Made by a program: the position numbers and the translations under genes
Assembly (NCBI GenBank): GCA_002189035.1
Contig: NEEC01000002.1
Span: forward strand, 2,604,001-2,668,000
Source of the DNA: Utricularia gibba
Lineage: Eukaryota > Plantae > Magnoliophyta
DNA: 64,000 nucleotides
Direction of reading: 5' to 3'
Shown here: positions 1 through 14,352 of the stretch, one piece after another
Numbering within the stretch: position 1 is the first letter of the stretch
Layout of the letters: each line of letters begins with the position of its first letter
Notes under the pieces: model-generated
What the model was told of the DNA's origin: nothing
What the model saw: only the letters and a program-made list of their open reading frames with translations
Database searches by the model: none

Positions 1-3000
1 CTGCGGGCTTGAGAAGGCGCTGCAGAATATTCAGCCCGTTGAAGTTGTGGACCCTTCCTCTGAAGTCAAGTTAAGAAATATCCTTTCAATTTGCTGTTCT
101 TTTGGAATTGCAATATCCAATGGATTGGTGAAGTTTGCACTCTCTTCGGGACTCGTTGTTTGATGTTTGTGAAGCGCGAAAAGTTCTCTAGTAACTCGGT
201 CATATGTTCTGTTCTGTTTTATTTTGGATTGTGATGGGAGGTTTCCATCATAAAAATGCGAACTTTGTGTTCGCCGTATGGTCGCCTTCCATATTTCTTA
301 AGTCTTATTGCTGAACAGTTTATCCTCTGAAACTATATGCAGTTGGGTTTGGGTGATCACGATCTAGTTTCTCATGCAGTATCCGTTATTTCAAGTTTTC
401 GGCTTTTGGCTTGATTTGGAATAGATACTTACATGAAAAGTGCCAGAAAGTCTCTGAAAAGTATGATTATGGTATTTGTTGCATCTTATATGTTATGGTG
501 TCGAGTAATTTCCATTTTTCATATCATCTGCGATGTTCGTCTTCTTAACCCATGCCAAACTTTGGCTTGGAAGTCCTGAAGTGTATACTCCGCAAAAGGA
601 ACGGGTTGCTGGAGGAATGTATAATGCTCTTTATCCTTTTGAGGTAGAATTTTTTGCCATCAGCATCATTATTGTCATAATTGGACATCATAAGTTGGGA
701 ATTTTGGAGATAACTACATTTTTTGTTTCTTCTTATTTTGGTATGAGCAGTGTAGACAAGCAAAAACCACATATGCTGGAAAGTTCATGTTGGAAGTTAA
801 TTTCCAGTATAACGATGGAGTCTCTATAAGAGAAAAAATGAATTTCGGCCAGTTTCCTATCATGTTGAATGTAAGGAACCATGTTGAATCTTTATAAACA
901 TTCATTATTAAGCTCTTTCCGTAAACTTACTAGTTGAATCAAGTAAATCTTCACTTCCTAAATATCAACGATGAACACGATCGCTTTTACATTTGGCTCT
1001 ATGATCCGTCGTCATGCTACTACTGGAATGCTAATTTTGCATATCATTTGCTTGATGGATGTAATATGGAGCTATGATTCTCGTACCATTCTAGACCATT
1101 GTTTTTCTTGCATAGTTACATATCCTAGTCCTTCTATGCAGTCCAAACTTTGCCATCTTAGGGATGTACATAATCCTATGGAATTAGTTGCAAAGAAAGA
1201 AGAGGCTTCTGAAGCAGGAGGGTGAGTTTGCATGGTCCTCTCTTTTCTTTCTATTCATCCTTGATTAGTTATTTTTTGGAAATTGTTTTCATCTACACGG
1301 CTATATTTTATCCTTTTTTCAGATACTTCATATTGAATGGGCTGGAGAGGGTTATTCGACTTCTTATTTTGCAGAAGAGGAACTATGTATGTCTACTATT
1401 TTTCGCTCTAGGCCTTGTAAACATGTAGCATCATGTGGAAGGAATGCATTTTATGAGACCTGTTGTTTTGTTATTTTTTTTAACCTGTATCTTTTCCTTT
1501 ATCTAGCCAATGAGCATTGTGAGAAGTTCATTCGCTGAGCGCAGTGAAGGATATACTGACAAAGCAGTTGTCATAAGGTTTTCCTCCTCTCCACATTACA
1601 AATCCATTTTCAGTAACTTCTAAGAATGTTAACACCGAGAATATGGTCTAGGAGACATGGTGCTAAGTTATATTGGAAACAACGCATGATATAAATCCTG
1701 TTTTATCACCAGTTTATCACAACATTGTTCCCTGGGATTGAGTGAAAATTGTCACAAAAAGTTTCCAAAATTCAAAGAGGGAACAGTGTCGTAGTTTTTT
1801 TTTTTTTTATCATTAACCTAGATTTCTGGAATATTGTTTCATTATTTTCATCTTTAAGGTCATTTATGGTGGTAAAATGTCTATACTATCTACCTGAAGG
1901 AACGTTGTAGGTGATTTAGTACATGTCTAATATAATTTTTTGTTTGGATCGTCATACTATTCCTTATAGTGCTGAGGACTTGTTTTGCTGATTGATTTGA
2001 GTTTGTTCATTTTGACCAATACTGTTTTCTGTCAGATGTGTTAGGGAAGATCTATCTTCAGTTTCCCTTAAGCTCTACTACCTTAATAATGGCAGTGCAA
2101 GGCTTGGTTTTTGGTGAGAAGATATATTCCGTACCTCTTGCTCTATCCTTGAAACTAAAAAAAAAAAAAAAAAAAAATCTTCTTCCCCAGGATGAAAGGC
2201 CGTGAATACTTGCTTCCTGTGGGGATACTACTAAAGGTGCATCACATCAACTCGGCTTAGTCATAATCAAAATAAACTTATTCACTGGTGCTGATATGCG
2301 GTAGAAATTTAAATGTTTCTTAATCTACCTCTAGAAACTTAGTGCTGCATTGGTAATTCTCTAATTTTGAAGACCCTTTTATTGACATAAAATACATGGC
2401 ATAGGCTAGGTCCCACTTTGAAAATTACAAGTGATCACCAGGGAGGTGTACTCATTTGACAGTTTGTCCATTCTCTTATTTGCTAGCCACTTCACGCTCC
2501 TGGTAATTGGTGTGTGTCATAAAATACAGCATGTTGTTTGTCTGAGTTCATAGCGATCAAAATATGTTCAATTAAAGTACCAGTGATCTGCCTCTGCTCA
2601 GTTCTCCTGGAGCTCATATTTTTAATAGCCATTCACATGTAGCTAAAACCATTTAGGCGCTTTCACCAATCTGGAAAATCTTTTAAATGCTCTATTCATC
2701 TGAGTTTGAATCTCACCCCTTTCTACCTCTGTAGGCTTTCACGGATGCTTCTGATCGTGACATTTATAGGAGTTTGACATGCTGCTATAATGAAAAGGGT
2801 GATCAAGTGAGAGGTGCTGTTGGCACAGAACTTGTTGGTGAACGGGCACAAATTATTTTAGATGAAGTTCATAACATGTCTCTACATACACGTGCCAAGT
2901 GTTTAAAATACATTGGTAAGTTTATTCTGACTAATTTATGTATATACATTATGCATGTTAAGTGGGTCTTTTGATTTTCAGGTGAGCATTTCCGTCCTCT

Positions 3001-6000
3001 CATGACTGGTATGGATAAAGACAGCGCCACAGTTGTAAGTTGACCCATTTACGTGAAGTATGATATATGTTTTATTTTTACCATTGCGGTATGTCCATTT
3101 GCAAATTTCATAGAATGTTGTGACCTTCTTTTAAGGAAATGAAAGACTTGAGCTACTATTGCAATTATTTGTGCTTGGATGGAACCATGCATAACCATGT
3201 TCTTCCTGTTTTTCGTGACCTTTGTGCAATCTGCAGGTTGCTGATACTGTTCTACGAAACTTTGTGTTCGTCCACCTGGATAACCATAAGGACAAGTTCA
3301 ATCTATTGATGTGAGACCTCAGTTCTTTGTTCACTAATTAAAATAATTCTGCTGCAGATTACCCAATGTTATGCTCTTTGCAATTCAGCTGTTGGTGACT
3401 GACTAAAATTTTATTTAGCTTCATGTTGCAGAAGCTCTTTTCTCTTGTCGATCAAACTTCGACGGCTGATAATTCAGATTCCTTACAAAACCAAGAAGTT
3501 CTATTGCCTGGACATCTGATAACTATTTATCTGAAGGTAGGTATTAGTACATCATTCACATCTGCAGATCCTCAAGAATGACAATGTTCATGTGTATTCA
3601 CATCAGCATATTGTGACAAGTTGTTTGCTGTTGCACAACTTATTTAACGAGGCTTATTCGTTTCGTTAAGAAAAACATGTGTGTAGAGTGCTCATTACAC
3701 AAGGTATTTTGTGCTAAAAGCTTCAAATAACTATGGTTGCAGGAAAAATTGCAAACCTGGTTGCAGCGGGTGAAATATGCTCTTCGAGATGAACTCGAGA
3801 AGAAGAGCAAGAAGTTTGATCTGAGTAACTGTAATGCCTTCTAATTCCTCTCAAGTTGCAGAATGTATTCATTCTACTATGCTAATTTTTCCCGTGGAAA
3901 ATTCTTTCACTTAAACTATGCATGTGGTGAATTTAATTACAGTGAAATGCAGGTTCTGTGACATAGATTTTTCATAAATTTTGTATTCTCATCTGGTTTA
4001 TCTAGTTTAATTCTTGTTCCCGTATACTTTTTCTGATTTTGAAATATAGTTTTAATGCAATGGTCATGTTGCCATTCGAACTAATCTGCTGAAGCCTACT
4101 GATTTGTGGTGTTGAGTTTTATGCGTACTACTTAATTTTTGAAAAATTATAACCATAACATTAACTTGGTAGAATCATATTGACTTTATATGATACTTTG
4201 ATGCTGTCAGAATCATTGAAGTTTGAGGATTATTTATTGCTGTGTTGATTATTTCTTTTTGCCTACCTATGCTTGAAGTGGCTGATGTCAAGAAGGTTCT
4301 TGAGAGAACTTTTCCAAAGAAAGTTGGTTTGGCTATTGAAAATATGCTGAAGACAGGTACAGTTGTTACACAGTCAGGGCTAGATTTGCCACAGGTATAA
4401 TAACTCAGCTCATAGGCTTTCTCTGTTTCTTTTTGACAGCAATTTAAGCATGTGCAGTCATAGGGACTTTATATGCTGCTTACTCTGTTTTCTGCTAATG
4501 TTTCTTAGAAAGCTGGAATGACAGTTCATGCAGAAAGACTCAATTTTCTGCGTTTTATATCACACTTTCGTGCAGTCCATCGGGGTGCATCATTTGCTGG
4601 TCTTCGGACAACAAGCGTTCGAAAGTTGTTGCCTGAGTATGTTCTTTTGTCCTTTTTGAAGTGATCTGATGGCGTTTCTGCATGTATATTTCGTGCCCAT
4701 CATTTATAAAAATGCCCCTGTGATAACTGGGAAATGATTCTATGAGCAGATCCTGGGGATTCTTGTGTCCTGTTCACACACCTGACGGTGAGCCATGTGG
4801 GCTGCTCAACCATATGACTGCTTCTTGTCGTAAGAACTATTCTCATTTTAATCAGTATTATATACACCAGATCTTCATGGAGGGCATATAGATCTCAAAA
4901 GTAGGAAACAGAGGGACCAATATCTGAACTCAAATGCTAATGATCATGCCAATCTAGTCCTTCATCTATACAAGCATATATTTTTTCTGTGTGAAACGGA
5001 TTTTTTCCTATGCAGTCTATTCATGGGATCCTAGTGGCACACCTAAGAATATAGTTCAATTTCATTCTTGTAACTTTAGCATTGATTCGTAACTTGATGA
5101 GAACAATAATTATTTCGCAGGCATAACATCTTACTATGATTCTGAAGGGAAAATAAAAGACTTTCTTGAGATTGGAAAGTCAATATCCGAAGCTCTAGTG
5201 AGCATAGGAATGAATCCTGCTGGAATGTCTACTCAGGCAGGTCCACCGAACGAACTCTGTGTTCTTCTGGATGGTCGCATTCTAGGTTTCATTGCATCTT
5301 GTGATGTTGAGAAATGTGTGTCTCACCTACGACGGTTAAAGGTTCTGGCTAATTCAGTGGTGAGTTTTCTTCTGTAATCTTCCTATCAATAATTTTTTGT
5401 TTGTCTTACGCCTGCTTGTTTAATATGGCAGATTCCAGATGATCTTGAAGTTGGCTATGTTCCTCTTAGTATTGGAGGAGCGTACCCTGGTCTGTATCTG
5501 TTCTCATCCACATCCAGATTTGTTAGACCAGTAAGAAATATGACGATTTCTCTCGAAGAGGGCAACAACATTGAGCTCATTGGGCCCTTTGAGCAGGTGA
5601 TATGATGTTATAACTCCGTTTCTTATTAATTTTCTTTGTTAAGCATGAAGATTGTGAGCTCTCTTTTTTTTTTCTCCTTTACGTGCCATAATGTAATGAG
5701 CTGCAGGTCTACATGGAAATAAGTTGCCCTGATGGCGGAGATGGTGGAAGGAGCAATGCGCGTCCCGCAACTCATGAGGAAATTCATCCAACTGGGATTT
5801 TGAGTGTTGTTGCCAATCTTACACCTTGGTCTGACCATAATCAAAGTCCTCGCAATATGTATCAGTGTCAGGTGCATATTTATTTTTCATTGCATTATTA
5901 TCAGAGCATGTATGTTTTTATTGTCCACGATGGAAGATTTGGAGTTTGACGTGATCAGATGTTATGCTGTAGATGGGAAAACAAACAATGGGCTTTTCGT

Positions 6001-8762
6001 GCCAAGCTTTGAATTTTCGGGCTGATCAAAAACTCTATCATCTTCAGGTTCGCCCTATTGTTCTTCCTATTTAAAAAAGATGAAACATCTGTCAATAATT
6101 AAATCAACAGAGAGCATAACATCCTAGCGACACTTAGTTGAATGATTGGTCCCTGGTACAGAGTCAGTGGAGAACCATGCATTCAGGAAATAAATGTGTT
6201 TAGAATAAATCTTCCGCTGGCCCTTCAGAAAGTGTTGATTTCCATGTGCTCTAGTATGAAAGAAATGTCAATAGTATTTTGTGGTGATTAACGTTGATTG
6301 TCACATCACTTCATCCCTGCTGGTTTTCACTTTGAATTCAGTGCTCTTTAATCTTATGATACACACAATTTTATATGCGGGCATAGTATTTTTTCTTAAC
6401 TCTTGTCCCCTGAGTTTTTCCGCAGACACCACAGACACCAATTGTCCGTACAGATACATACAAAAAAAGTCATATTGACGAATATCCACTTGGAACAAAT
6501 GCCATCGTTGCTGTTCTGGCCTATACTGGGTAATGATTAAGACCGTAGCTTTCTGTTTAATTATCTGCCTGTTAATGTCATATACTCTTTTGGTGTTGTA
6601 GGTATGATATGGAGGATGCCATGATACTGAATAAATCATCAGTTGAACGTGGCATGTTTCGAGGGTATATATACCAGGTCTGTTCAGTATTTGTGTTTTC
6701 GTCTGACGAATTAGATATCAAAATAGCTATTCTTCCTCGAGTCATAAATTCTTCTAAGAAAATAGTTTGTCTTCTCTTGATGAGTGAATGTGAAATTTCA
6801 ATAAATGAAGTGTTAGTGGAAAATAATGAAGAGCACTTTGGTCGGAATGATCATAGGGAACTCGATTTTCAAATGCAATTTGTATGTTAACAAGACAGAT
6901 TTAATGTGGTGGTGGCTCTTCTATTCTTGTTTTGAACTTCAGATTTGACAAAGGATTTATCTTTTTTTTCAAATTAATTTCAAGCAATGCTTTCAGGCAC
7001 AATATGTGAATTGAAATCTTAAAAGAACAAGCCCAGACAATTAGTTTGTTATTATGGAGGTCTCATATACACATTGATACGTCTGGTGCTGCAGTCTGAA
7101 ACAATTGAATTGGCCGACAATAAATCCAAGTCAGGCGGTGGTCAGAAATCATTTCGCAAAAGCTATACGGACAAGTCAAGTCATAATTTCATTGATGCAG
7201 ATGGGCTTCCGTACGTTGGACAGGTATATGAGATTGTATATATTCATAGGAATTCTATCCATTGTGTGAAATAACACAGCTGTAGGCTTTTTGATTTTTC
7301 TTCTTCAGCGCATAAGCCCTGGCGATCCTACTACAGCGTGTATGATGGTACTACAAGCAATGTCTCGGTGAAAAAGTTGAGGGGTTCTGATGCAGTCTAT
7401 GTGGACTGTGTTTCCGTTGATGTTAAAAACCATAAGCACCTGAAAAAGGTTAGTGCCGTTATACTTGGGATTCAGTGATATGTGCATTTTTTTGTAATAA
7501 TTTATGTTTGTACACATGTTTTATGTTTCTGTGATTTTGCATGTTTAAATCCTAGTTTATGTAGCTTATGAGTCCAGCTTGGCTGGCCCTCTTTTCTTCG
7601 TGCAGGCAAACATCCGTTTTCGACGCCCAAGAAATCCAGTGATTGGTGACAAATTTAGCAGCAGACATGGTCAAAAGGGTGTTTGCTCTCAACTATGGCC
7701 AGAAGCTGATATGCCATTCTCAGCAGTTACTGGAATGTCTCCAGATCTCATCATTAACCCGCATGCGTTTCCTTCTAGGATGACAATTGCTATGCTTCTA
7801 GAATCAATTGCCGCCAAGGTATGCTTATCAGAATGTGTGTTTTCCCAGGTTGATGGTGTTACTGTCATTTTTGCAATCTGAAAATCATGCATCCGACTAT
7901 TTTCCAACTCTTTCCTTATCCAATGATGCTACGTATGATTCCAGGGAGGTGCACTGCATGGAAAGTTCGTTGATGCAACACCTTTCTCAAGCTCCGTAAA
8001 GAAAACTGCCGAGTCCGAATCCAACTCCAGTACACTTGTTGATGATCTTGGTTCTATGTTGATCTCCCATGGGTTCAATTACCATGGTGTGGAAGTCTTG
8101 TACAGTGGAGTTTATGGCACAGAGCTCAAGTGCGAAATATTCATGGGCCCTGTGTACTACCAACGTCTTCGTCACATGGTCTCAGACAAATTTCAGGTGC
8201 AGTCCCCTTCAATTATGCTTCAGCTCCCAAGGAGACTAGTGTTGCTGTGACTCGAAAACCAGTGCTTTTTTTTTCATTAGAGACCATGCAGTTCAGTGAC
8301 ACACCCTCCGACGGACACTTATGCCGTGGCTCAATGTTTACAGGTCCGATCCACCGGAACCGTCGACATGGTGACCCGACAGCCTATCAAAGGACGAAAG
8401 CGAGGGGTGGCATTCGGTTTGGAGAAATGGAACGGGACTCCCTTCTTGCCCATGGAGCCGCGTATCTGCTGCACGACAGACTGCACATGAGCTCGGATCA
8501 CCATGTGGCCGACATTTGCACCCTCTGTGGAAGCATCTTGACGACGACCATCATCCAGTCTCCCAAGAAGAAAGTGCAGGACACCATCTACCCAAATCGC
8601 CCTCGCGGCAAGGGACAGAAGAATGTCACCTGCGTCTCCTGCAAGACCAGCAAAGGGATGGAGAAGGTGGCGATGCCGTACGTGTTCAGGTACTTGGCTG
8701 CGGAACTGGCCGCCATGAACATAAAGATGACTCTCCAACCAAGCAACGATCTTAGAGATTGA
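1..8762 (+). CDS. NRPA2: DNA-directed RNA polymerase I second-largest subunit, multi-exon (>20 exons), 5' end outside the window
   Basis: Spliced exons give RPA2 motifs: [22 protein letters not shown] (1-77, 561-643), [109 protein letters not shown], a C-terminal Zn clamp and stop at 8760-8762. Two -1 shifts (7327-7328, 8404-8407). Confidence 0.97.
78..560 (+). other. U12-type (minor spliceosome) AT-AC intron in NRPA2
   Basis: 5' site ATATCCTTT at 78-86, branch-point-like TTCTTAAC at 542-549, terminal AC at 559-560. Removal joins tta aga a|tt tgg ctt gga = LRIWLG in frame. Confidence 0.9.
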
Positions 8763-9321
8763 GAAGGCCGTTGCTTGGTGATTGTGCTCTTTTTGTTGAG
8801 TGACAAAATCCGAGGCATGATACTACACTACAAAATATTCTTACAATCTTCATTTTTTATGGAACAATTTTTTTTTTGTTTTGTTTTGGCATCTGGAGTT
8901 GGGAATCTAAATGTATTGGTAAGTATTTTATTAAGAATTTGTATATGGGATAAATAAATAAATATGTGTTTGATTGATCAAAATTTTATTAATATTTATA
9001 ATTTTTAGTTTAATAGATCATATTATTTTTTAAATTATGGATGGGGGAAGATGGTCAAGACATGTGGAGCTGACGATAAACCATTCGTGTGATCCATTCA
9101 CAAAATGGATAATGGGCCGGGAGCGTAGCCCAATTCAAGAACTTCATGGGCCGGGCCAGTCGAATAAAAATGCCACAAGTTGTGCATATGCGTTTCTCTT
9201 TTTTGAAAGTGGTAATTTCATACCCTTATTAAGGGTATTTTTGTCTAATAATATGGCTCCCGACTCTATATAGGTCTTACAAGTCCGACGCTCCCCTCTA
9301 CCCCGCGCGCACACCGAAAAA

Positions 9322-10426
9322 ATGGTGCTCCGCTCAGAATTCTTCTCCGTTCTGCTCGCTGTGGCAGTGACCTTCGCCACGGCGGCGACGGCCTGCTCGC
9401 CGTCTGACAGGGCGGCGCTTCTCTCTTTCCGGGCAGCTCTTAACGAGCCATACCTCGGGATATTCGACACGTGGAAGGGGGAAGAATGCTGCGTTAACTG
9501 GTATGGCGTCACCTGCGACCCGGAGACTAAACGGGTCGCCGACGTCGTTCTCCGGGAGAATCTGAAGACCCAATTTTCGAAAGAGCCGGTCGCTCCGGTT
9601 ACATGAGCGGCTCCATCTCGCCGTCTATCTGCGTCCTCGACCGCCTTGCCACCTTCGTCGTAGCCGACTGGAAAGCCATCTCCGGCGAGATCCCGCCTTG
9701 CATCACCAGCCTCCCTCGTCTCAGAATCCTCGACCTCATCGGAAACACGATCTCCGGCCGCATCCCAGCCGACATCGGCCGTCTAAACCGCCTCACAGTC
9801 CTCAACCTCGCGGACAACCAAATCTCCGGCGAGATTCCCCCTTCGATCGTCAACTTAAACAGCCTAATGCACATGGAACTCAGAAACAATCGCCTTTCCG
9901 GCGAAATTCCCTCCGACATCGGAAAGCTTTCAATGGTCAGTCGCGTACTCCTGAGCGGGAATCAACTCACCGGCACAATCCACCCTCCTTTGCAAACATC
10001 TACCGCCTCGCCGACCTCGATTTGTCCCTGAATCAACTCACCGGCTCAATCCCATCTCAACTGGGATCAATGCCAGTTTTATCGACACTCAACCTCGACA
10101 GTAACCTTCTTTCCGGCGAGATCCCCACCACCCTGCTCGCAAATTCAGGGCTGAACATCTTGAACTTGAGCAGAAACTCACTTGAAGGCCACTTACCCGA
10201 CGTATTCACCCAGAAGACATACTTCACGGTAATCGATCTATCGAATAACAAGCTCCAGGGGGCGATTCCGAGATCACTGGCAGCAGCCCGGTATATCGGA
10301 CACTTGGACCTGAGCCATAACCATCTTTGCGGGCCGCTACCCAACTCGCCGCCGTTTGATCGGCTGGGGTCGTCATCCTTCGCCAGCAACGACTGCTTGT
10401 GTGGGGATCCACTGAAGACGTGTTAA
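9322..10426 (+). CDS. DRT100-like: Secreted extracellular LRR protein, PGIP/DRT100-like, intronless
   Basis: Signal peptide, ACSPSDRAALLSF..CCVNWYGVTCD cap, LxxLxLxxNxLSGxIP repeats and C-terminal SSFASNDCLCGDPLKTC. It is split over three ORFs by -1 shifts at 9554-9556 and 9980-9981; adding one G restores LRGESEDPIFERAGRSGYMSGS. Confidence 0.88.
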
Positions 10427-11063
10427 AGGGCTCTTTCCTTCTCGTGGTCTCACATGGGGTGAAAGCAGAGTTGGATTGAATACCTCCATGAGCATTTGTT
10501 CTGTCTGTGTCTATCAAAACACTTGCCAACTTGCACTACAGTACAATGTTAGCTTCCACATGTAAAAAAAAGGACCCAAATCTGTAATAGAATTCTGGAA
10601 TCCACAAGTGTACGAAGATTAATGGTGAAGAAACAAGTGCAATTAAAATATGTTGATATGAAAATAGACAAAGCAGTTAAAAATGGACAGGGTAAAGGAC
10701 ATGTGAAAGTGACAGATTGCGAAAGCATGTTCCAGGATTGGTGTATCCATGTGACATGTCTATGCACGACACCTTTCGATTAAAGATAATTCATTTCCTG
10801 GTACCTTGGTACAAGACAAAGAAAGGCTCTTGCCCTCTGCAGTTAACTTCATTTATTGCTTGCCGTGGCAAGCAATGGTATCATTATTGTGTGGCTTTTA
10901 TGGACAAGGTCCCCTGGTTGAAAGCATCTATGACATGCAAGATTTGAATTCAAAAGTATACTAATGGAGTAAAGGGATGAGCCAACACAACAAATGTCAA
11001 CGTTCAAACTCCATAATGCAACGATGAAATGTCAATATCATTGAGAAATAATATACTTGAAAG

Positions 11064-13119
11064 CTACATTTCGGATTCAAATCCAATATTCCAGAAGCCT
11101 TCGGGGGTTGAAGGAGGTGCATACCTATAGCGATGGCGAGACACTCCATCATGATGCTCACAACGAGTGTGCTGATCAGTCTTTGTGGTTTGGCATTCTC
11201 TGGGAAGAACAGCGTCATAGAACTTCTTGCACTGCTTGCACTCAATTCCCTTCAGATTTTCCCGCTCAGATTTCTTTCGAACTGATTCCACGTACTTGAA
11301 TCCTGTATTTGAAGGAGGCATGGGCAACTTTGGTCCCCCAGCTTCAATATCCATGTCTTGTGTCTCATCATCTGAGTTCTCAATGCCCAGGTTAACTGTA
11401 GGTGCGTCGGGGAAAACAGAGGCATCCTCTCCTTTATCAGCCCCTATAATATGTTTGATATTCTCCAAGGGGGTGTCTAGGAAATCATCATGGAGATCAG
11501 GCCCAACACGGCTTTTGTGGGACCTTGTATTTCTCCAGTGAGAACACGGGCGTTTTGCACCCCTCGGGGATCACATTCTGTACTTCCAGAGTGTTTCGGA
11601 GCAATGCCAACGCCTAAATCACTATCTCTTTTCTTGTCTTCTGTATCTTTTAGCTCATAAGCTGTTTCACTTAAATCACTTTCCACCAAAGGTTTCTTTG
11701 AATCATTATTCCCAGTACCTTCAGTGACAAAACTCAAGGTTATCTATACTATAAACATGAACGAGCTGATACTTCTATAATCAGGAGTAAAAGCAGAGTG
11801 CTGACCAGCATGATTAATCTTCGTTGGAGGTTTTTCCTCTTCCATATTGCAAATCGGCTTCATGTTTTCTTGTGCCTGGGAGTATTTCTTGAGAAGATAG
11901 TTGTATTGAGATTTTAATTTCTTATAAGCGCAAATAACATCCATCTTTTTTTTCCTTTCAGCATATAACTTGGAATCTTCCATTTCAGACGGTTGCAACT
12001 TCTCATTGAACTCCATTTTTTCAGATGAATAATTTCCCATCCGAGAAAGACATTTCCAAATCTTATCAACGTTCTCTGCTAAGCGACATTGCTTTACACC
12101 GAGACTTTCAAGTTCCTCCAGTGCTTGCCCCATATTAAATGTTTTAGCAGAGTCGATAAATCGTACCATGTTATCTATCAGTTTTCCAATCCCTTCTATT
12201 TCACAGTTCTTCTTGGTTACCTCTCTCTGTAGCTCGTCACTGCGACTTACTAGAGTTTCCACTTTTGAGGCAAGAAGCTTGTTCTCCTGTTCATACTTCA
12301 TAATTTCAGCAGCTTGAAAGTCCATTTTCTTCAGTAAATTCCCTTGCAACTCCTTTCCCCTATCTACCTCCGATGTTTTGCTCCTGAGCTCTAGTTGAAG
12401 CTCATTCACTGTATATTCTAGCTTCTCAGTCTTTGCACTATACTCCTTCAACTGAATGCCTTCCTTTTTCAACAACGAGTCATGAGATTTGAGAATCTCC
12501 TTCTTAGACCACTCCAAATCATCAATTTCCTCGGATTTCCTACGGATCTCCATTTTCAAATCCTTCACCTCAGACATCATCTCACGTTGTAGTCCACAAG
12601 CAAAACCCTTTTTTCTTCAAGATCATCTATGCCTTTCTTGTAGCCTTCTGAGAGCATTGATTTTAACTTAAGCTCCTCCTTCACAGTCTTAACCTCTTTC
12701 TTCAACTCCACTACTTCCAGAATCTTTTCTTCCAAAAGTTCAGTCAATTGACTCTTGGAATCTCTTTCAATGGAAGTAAAGTTTTTCTTCTCCAACTTCA
12801 GAGCATTGTTTTCTTCCAAAATCCTTTGCTTCTCAAACTGAAGATTATTGATCTGGAGCATCAAATCTTTCTCCTTTTTCCGAAACGAAATTTCTGCTGC
12901 TTCCTTCGCTTCAGAATAAATCTTTTGAACACTAGCATTAAAATTCGCATTAAAGTATTGAAAAAGCTGACTGCAGAATATGTACTCTATCTGAGTAATT
13001 CTATCCTTGGCTTCTTGTATCGTCGCGACAAGAATGGTGCTAAGGCCAGATACATATTTGGGATCGTAATTCTCAAAATGGCGCTCCCAGTTCGGAGACT
13101 TTCGCGGATTACTGTCCAT
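11064..13119 (-). CDS. COM1: GAMMA RESPONSE 1 / COM1 (CtIP/Sae2 homolog), DNA end resection
   Basis: N-terminal YVSGLSTILVATIQEAKDRITQIEYIFCSQLF, long coiled coil, WRNTRSH..GPDLHDDFLDTPLENI and the C-terminal Sae2/CtIP motif CKQCKKFYDAV..HHDGVSRHRYRYAPPSTPEGFWNIGF. -1 shifts near 12609-12614 and 11560-11570. A probable short intron near 11740-11805 has unresolved junctions. Confidence 0.93.
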
Positions 13120-13351
13120 CTCCAAAAAATAAACGTACAGAAGCAATCAACGAAATCGAAGAACTGAACCCGCTGAAAAAGAACACCGCGTAATAACAAA
13201 ACCCGTGAGCAATAGGGCAGAGAAGAACGACGGACTTACGACAAAGGGCATCAGAAGTAGACGGCGGAAACCTAGATTTTTCAGCAACGAAGTCGCCCGT
13301 AAGCAAAAACCTAGCTTTCTTTTACTTCACGGAATTCGAATTTTGCGCGAC

Positions 13352-13359
13352 GCGCGAAT
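13352..13359 (-). promoter_or_regulatory. E2F-like site (ATTCGCGC, fits WTTSSCSS) in the GC-rich COM1 promoter; second match TTTCGCGG at 13100-13107
   Basis: Consensus match about 230 bp upstream of the ATG of a DNA-repair gene. A short motif, so chance is possible. Confidence 0.35.
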
Positions 13360-13937
13360 ATTGGGCGCTAAAGCAATTACACCGACTTGAATGACCAAAA
13401 TACCCATCCCGATTCGGCGCTTTTTAAAAATATTTTTTTAAAAAATAGAAATACGTGGAGATACTGAAAAAGCACAAAAACAACCAATACAATGTATTTC
13501 AATTTGCAAATTAGTAGTGCTTTGCGCTACTAATAAATAAAAACTTTGAAATAAATAGTCAACTTATTTTGATAAATAAAAAATTTGATACTTCTTGAAC
13601 AATCAGATTTTTAAATTGATTTGTTGTTAAAATGAAATAAGTAGAAGTAAAATTGAAAGTCTAAAATAAGTAAAAGTTTAAACAATTTGTAATAATAAAT
13701 TTATCATATGTTAAAAAATAAGTAGTCCAATTTACACCCTAAGTGATTTCATTTTAAAAAATCAATTCGTAAAATAAATTTTAATGTGTAATTGAAAGAT
13801 ATAATTTATTTTAAAATAATATTTGATTTTATTGGTGCAGTACGGACACCTATTATTCTAAAAATAATATTCGACTCCATATATGTATGTTTGTTCCCGT
13901 GGCCCAAGCCTCCTGATCTCCTTTTTTGGGGCCTTTT

Positions 13938-14352
13938 TTATTGAAGGTACAGCGTATCGGGTTCAATGATCAGGTCAGCAAAAGACATTACGACCACAGA
14001 AGCTGATGTTGGATAAAGCCCATTGCTTTCTTTTGCTGAAGCTTGACCGAAAATCAGCTGCACAGAACACGATGCCGTACAAGACAATACACACAACGCA
14101 AGTTGATCAACACACCATGTTTGGTGCTCAGAAACACAGTATTGCACAGATAGATACAGAAATGAGCTTTGAGAGGCGCATTTCAAGAAAACGCGCTTAG
14201 TCCCAACCGGAGAGACGTTTGTTCCCGTCGTATGACTCTAATCGCGCCTTCCACTCGGCGTAAACACAGCGATTGCCATGAAACACAGAGGCAGTCGTGT
14301 ACCGACCAAGAGTACGCAGAATAAATAGCGCAGAGCGGAAGAGTACCATCAT
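13938..14352 (-). CDS. Candidate two-exon micro-ORF (about 41 aa) or spliced lncRNA, unknown function
   Basis: Telo-box AAACCCTAA (14419-14427) in a GC-rich leader, ATGATG|GTACTC donor at 14346, T-rich tract with TGTGCAG acceptor at 14058, exon 2 open to TAA at 13938-13940 overlapping AATAAA. No recognised homolog. Confidence 0.3.

Noticed and set aside
10467-10490. TTGGATTGAA, resembling the start of miR159
   Set aside because: The match ends after 10 nt and there is no fold-back partner.
8130-12671. Programmed ribosomal frameshifting or overlapping genes in NRPA2, the LRR gene and COM1
   Set aside because: Every shift is a one-base loss in a homopolymer, with no consistent slippery site or downstream structure. 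Sequencing error is the simpler explanation.
9322-13119. Apparent DNA-repair cluster (DRT100-like next to COM1)
   Set aside because: The LRR protein has a signal peptide and PGIP-like architecture. The DRT100 name is historical, and adjacency alone implies no shared pathway.
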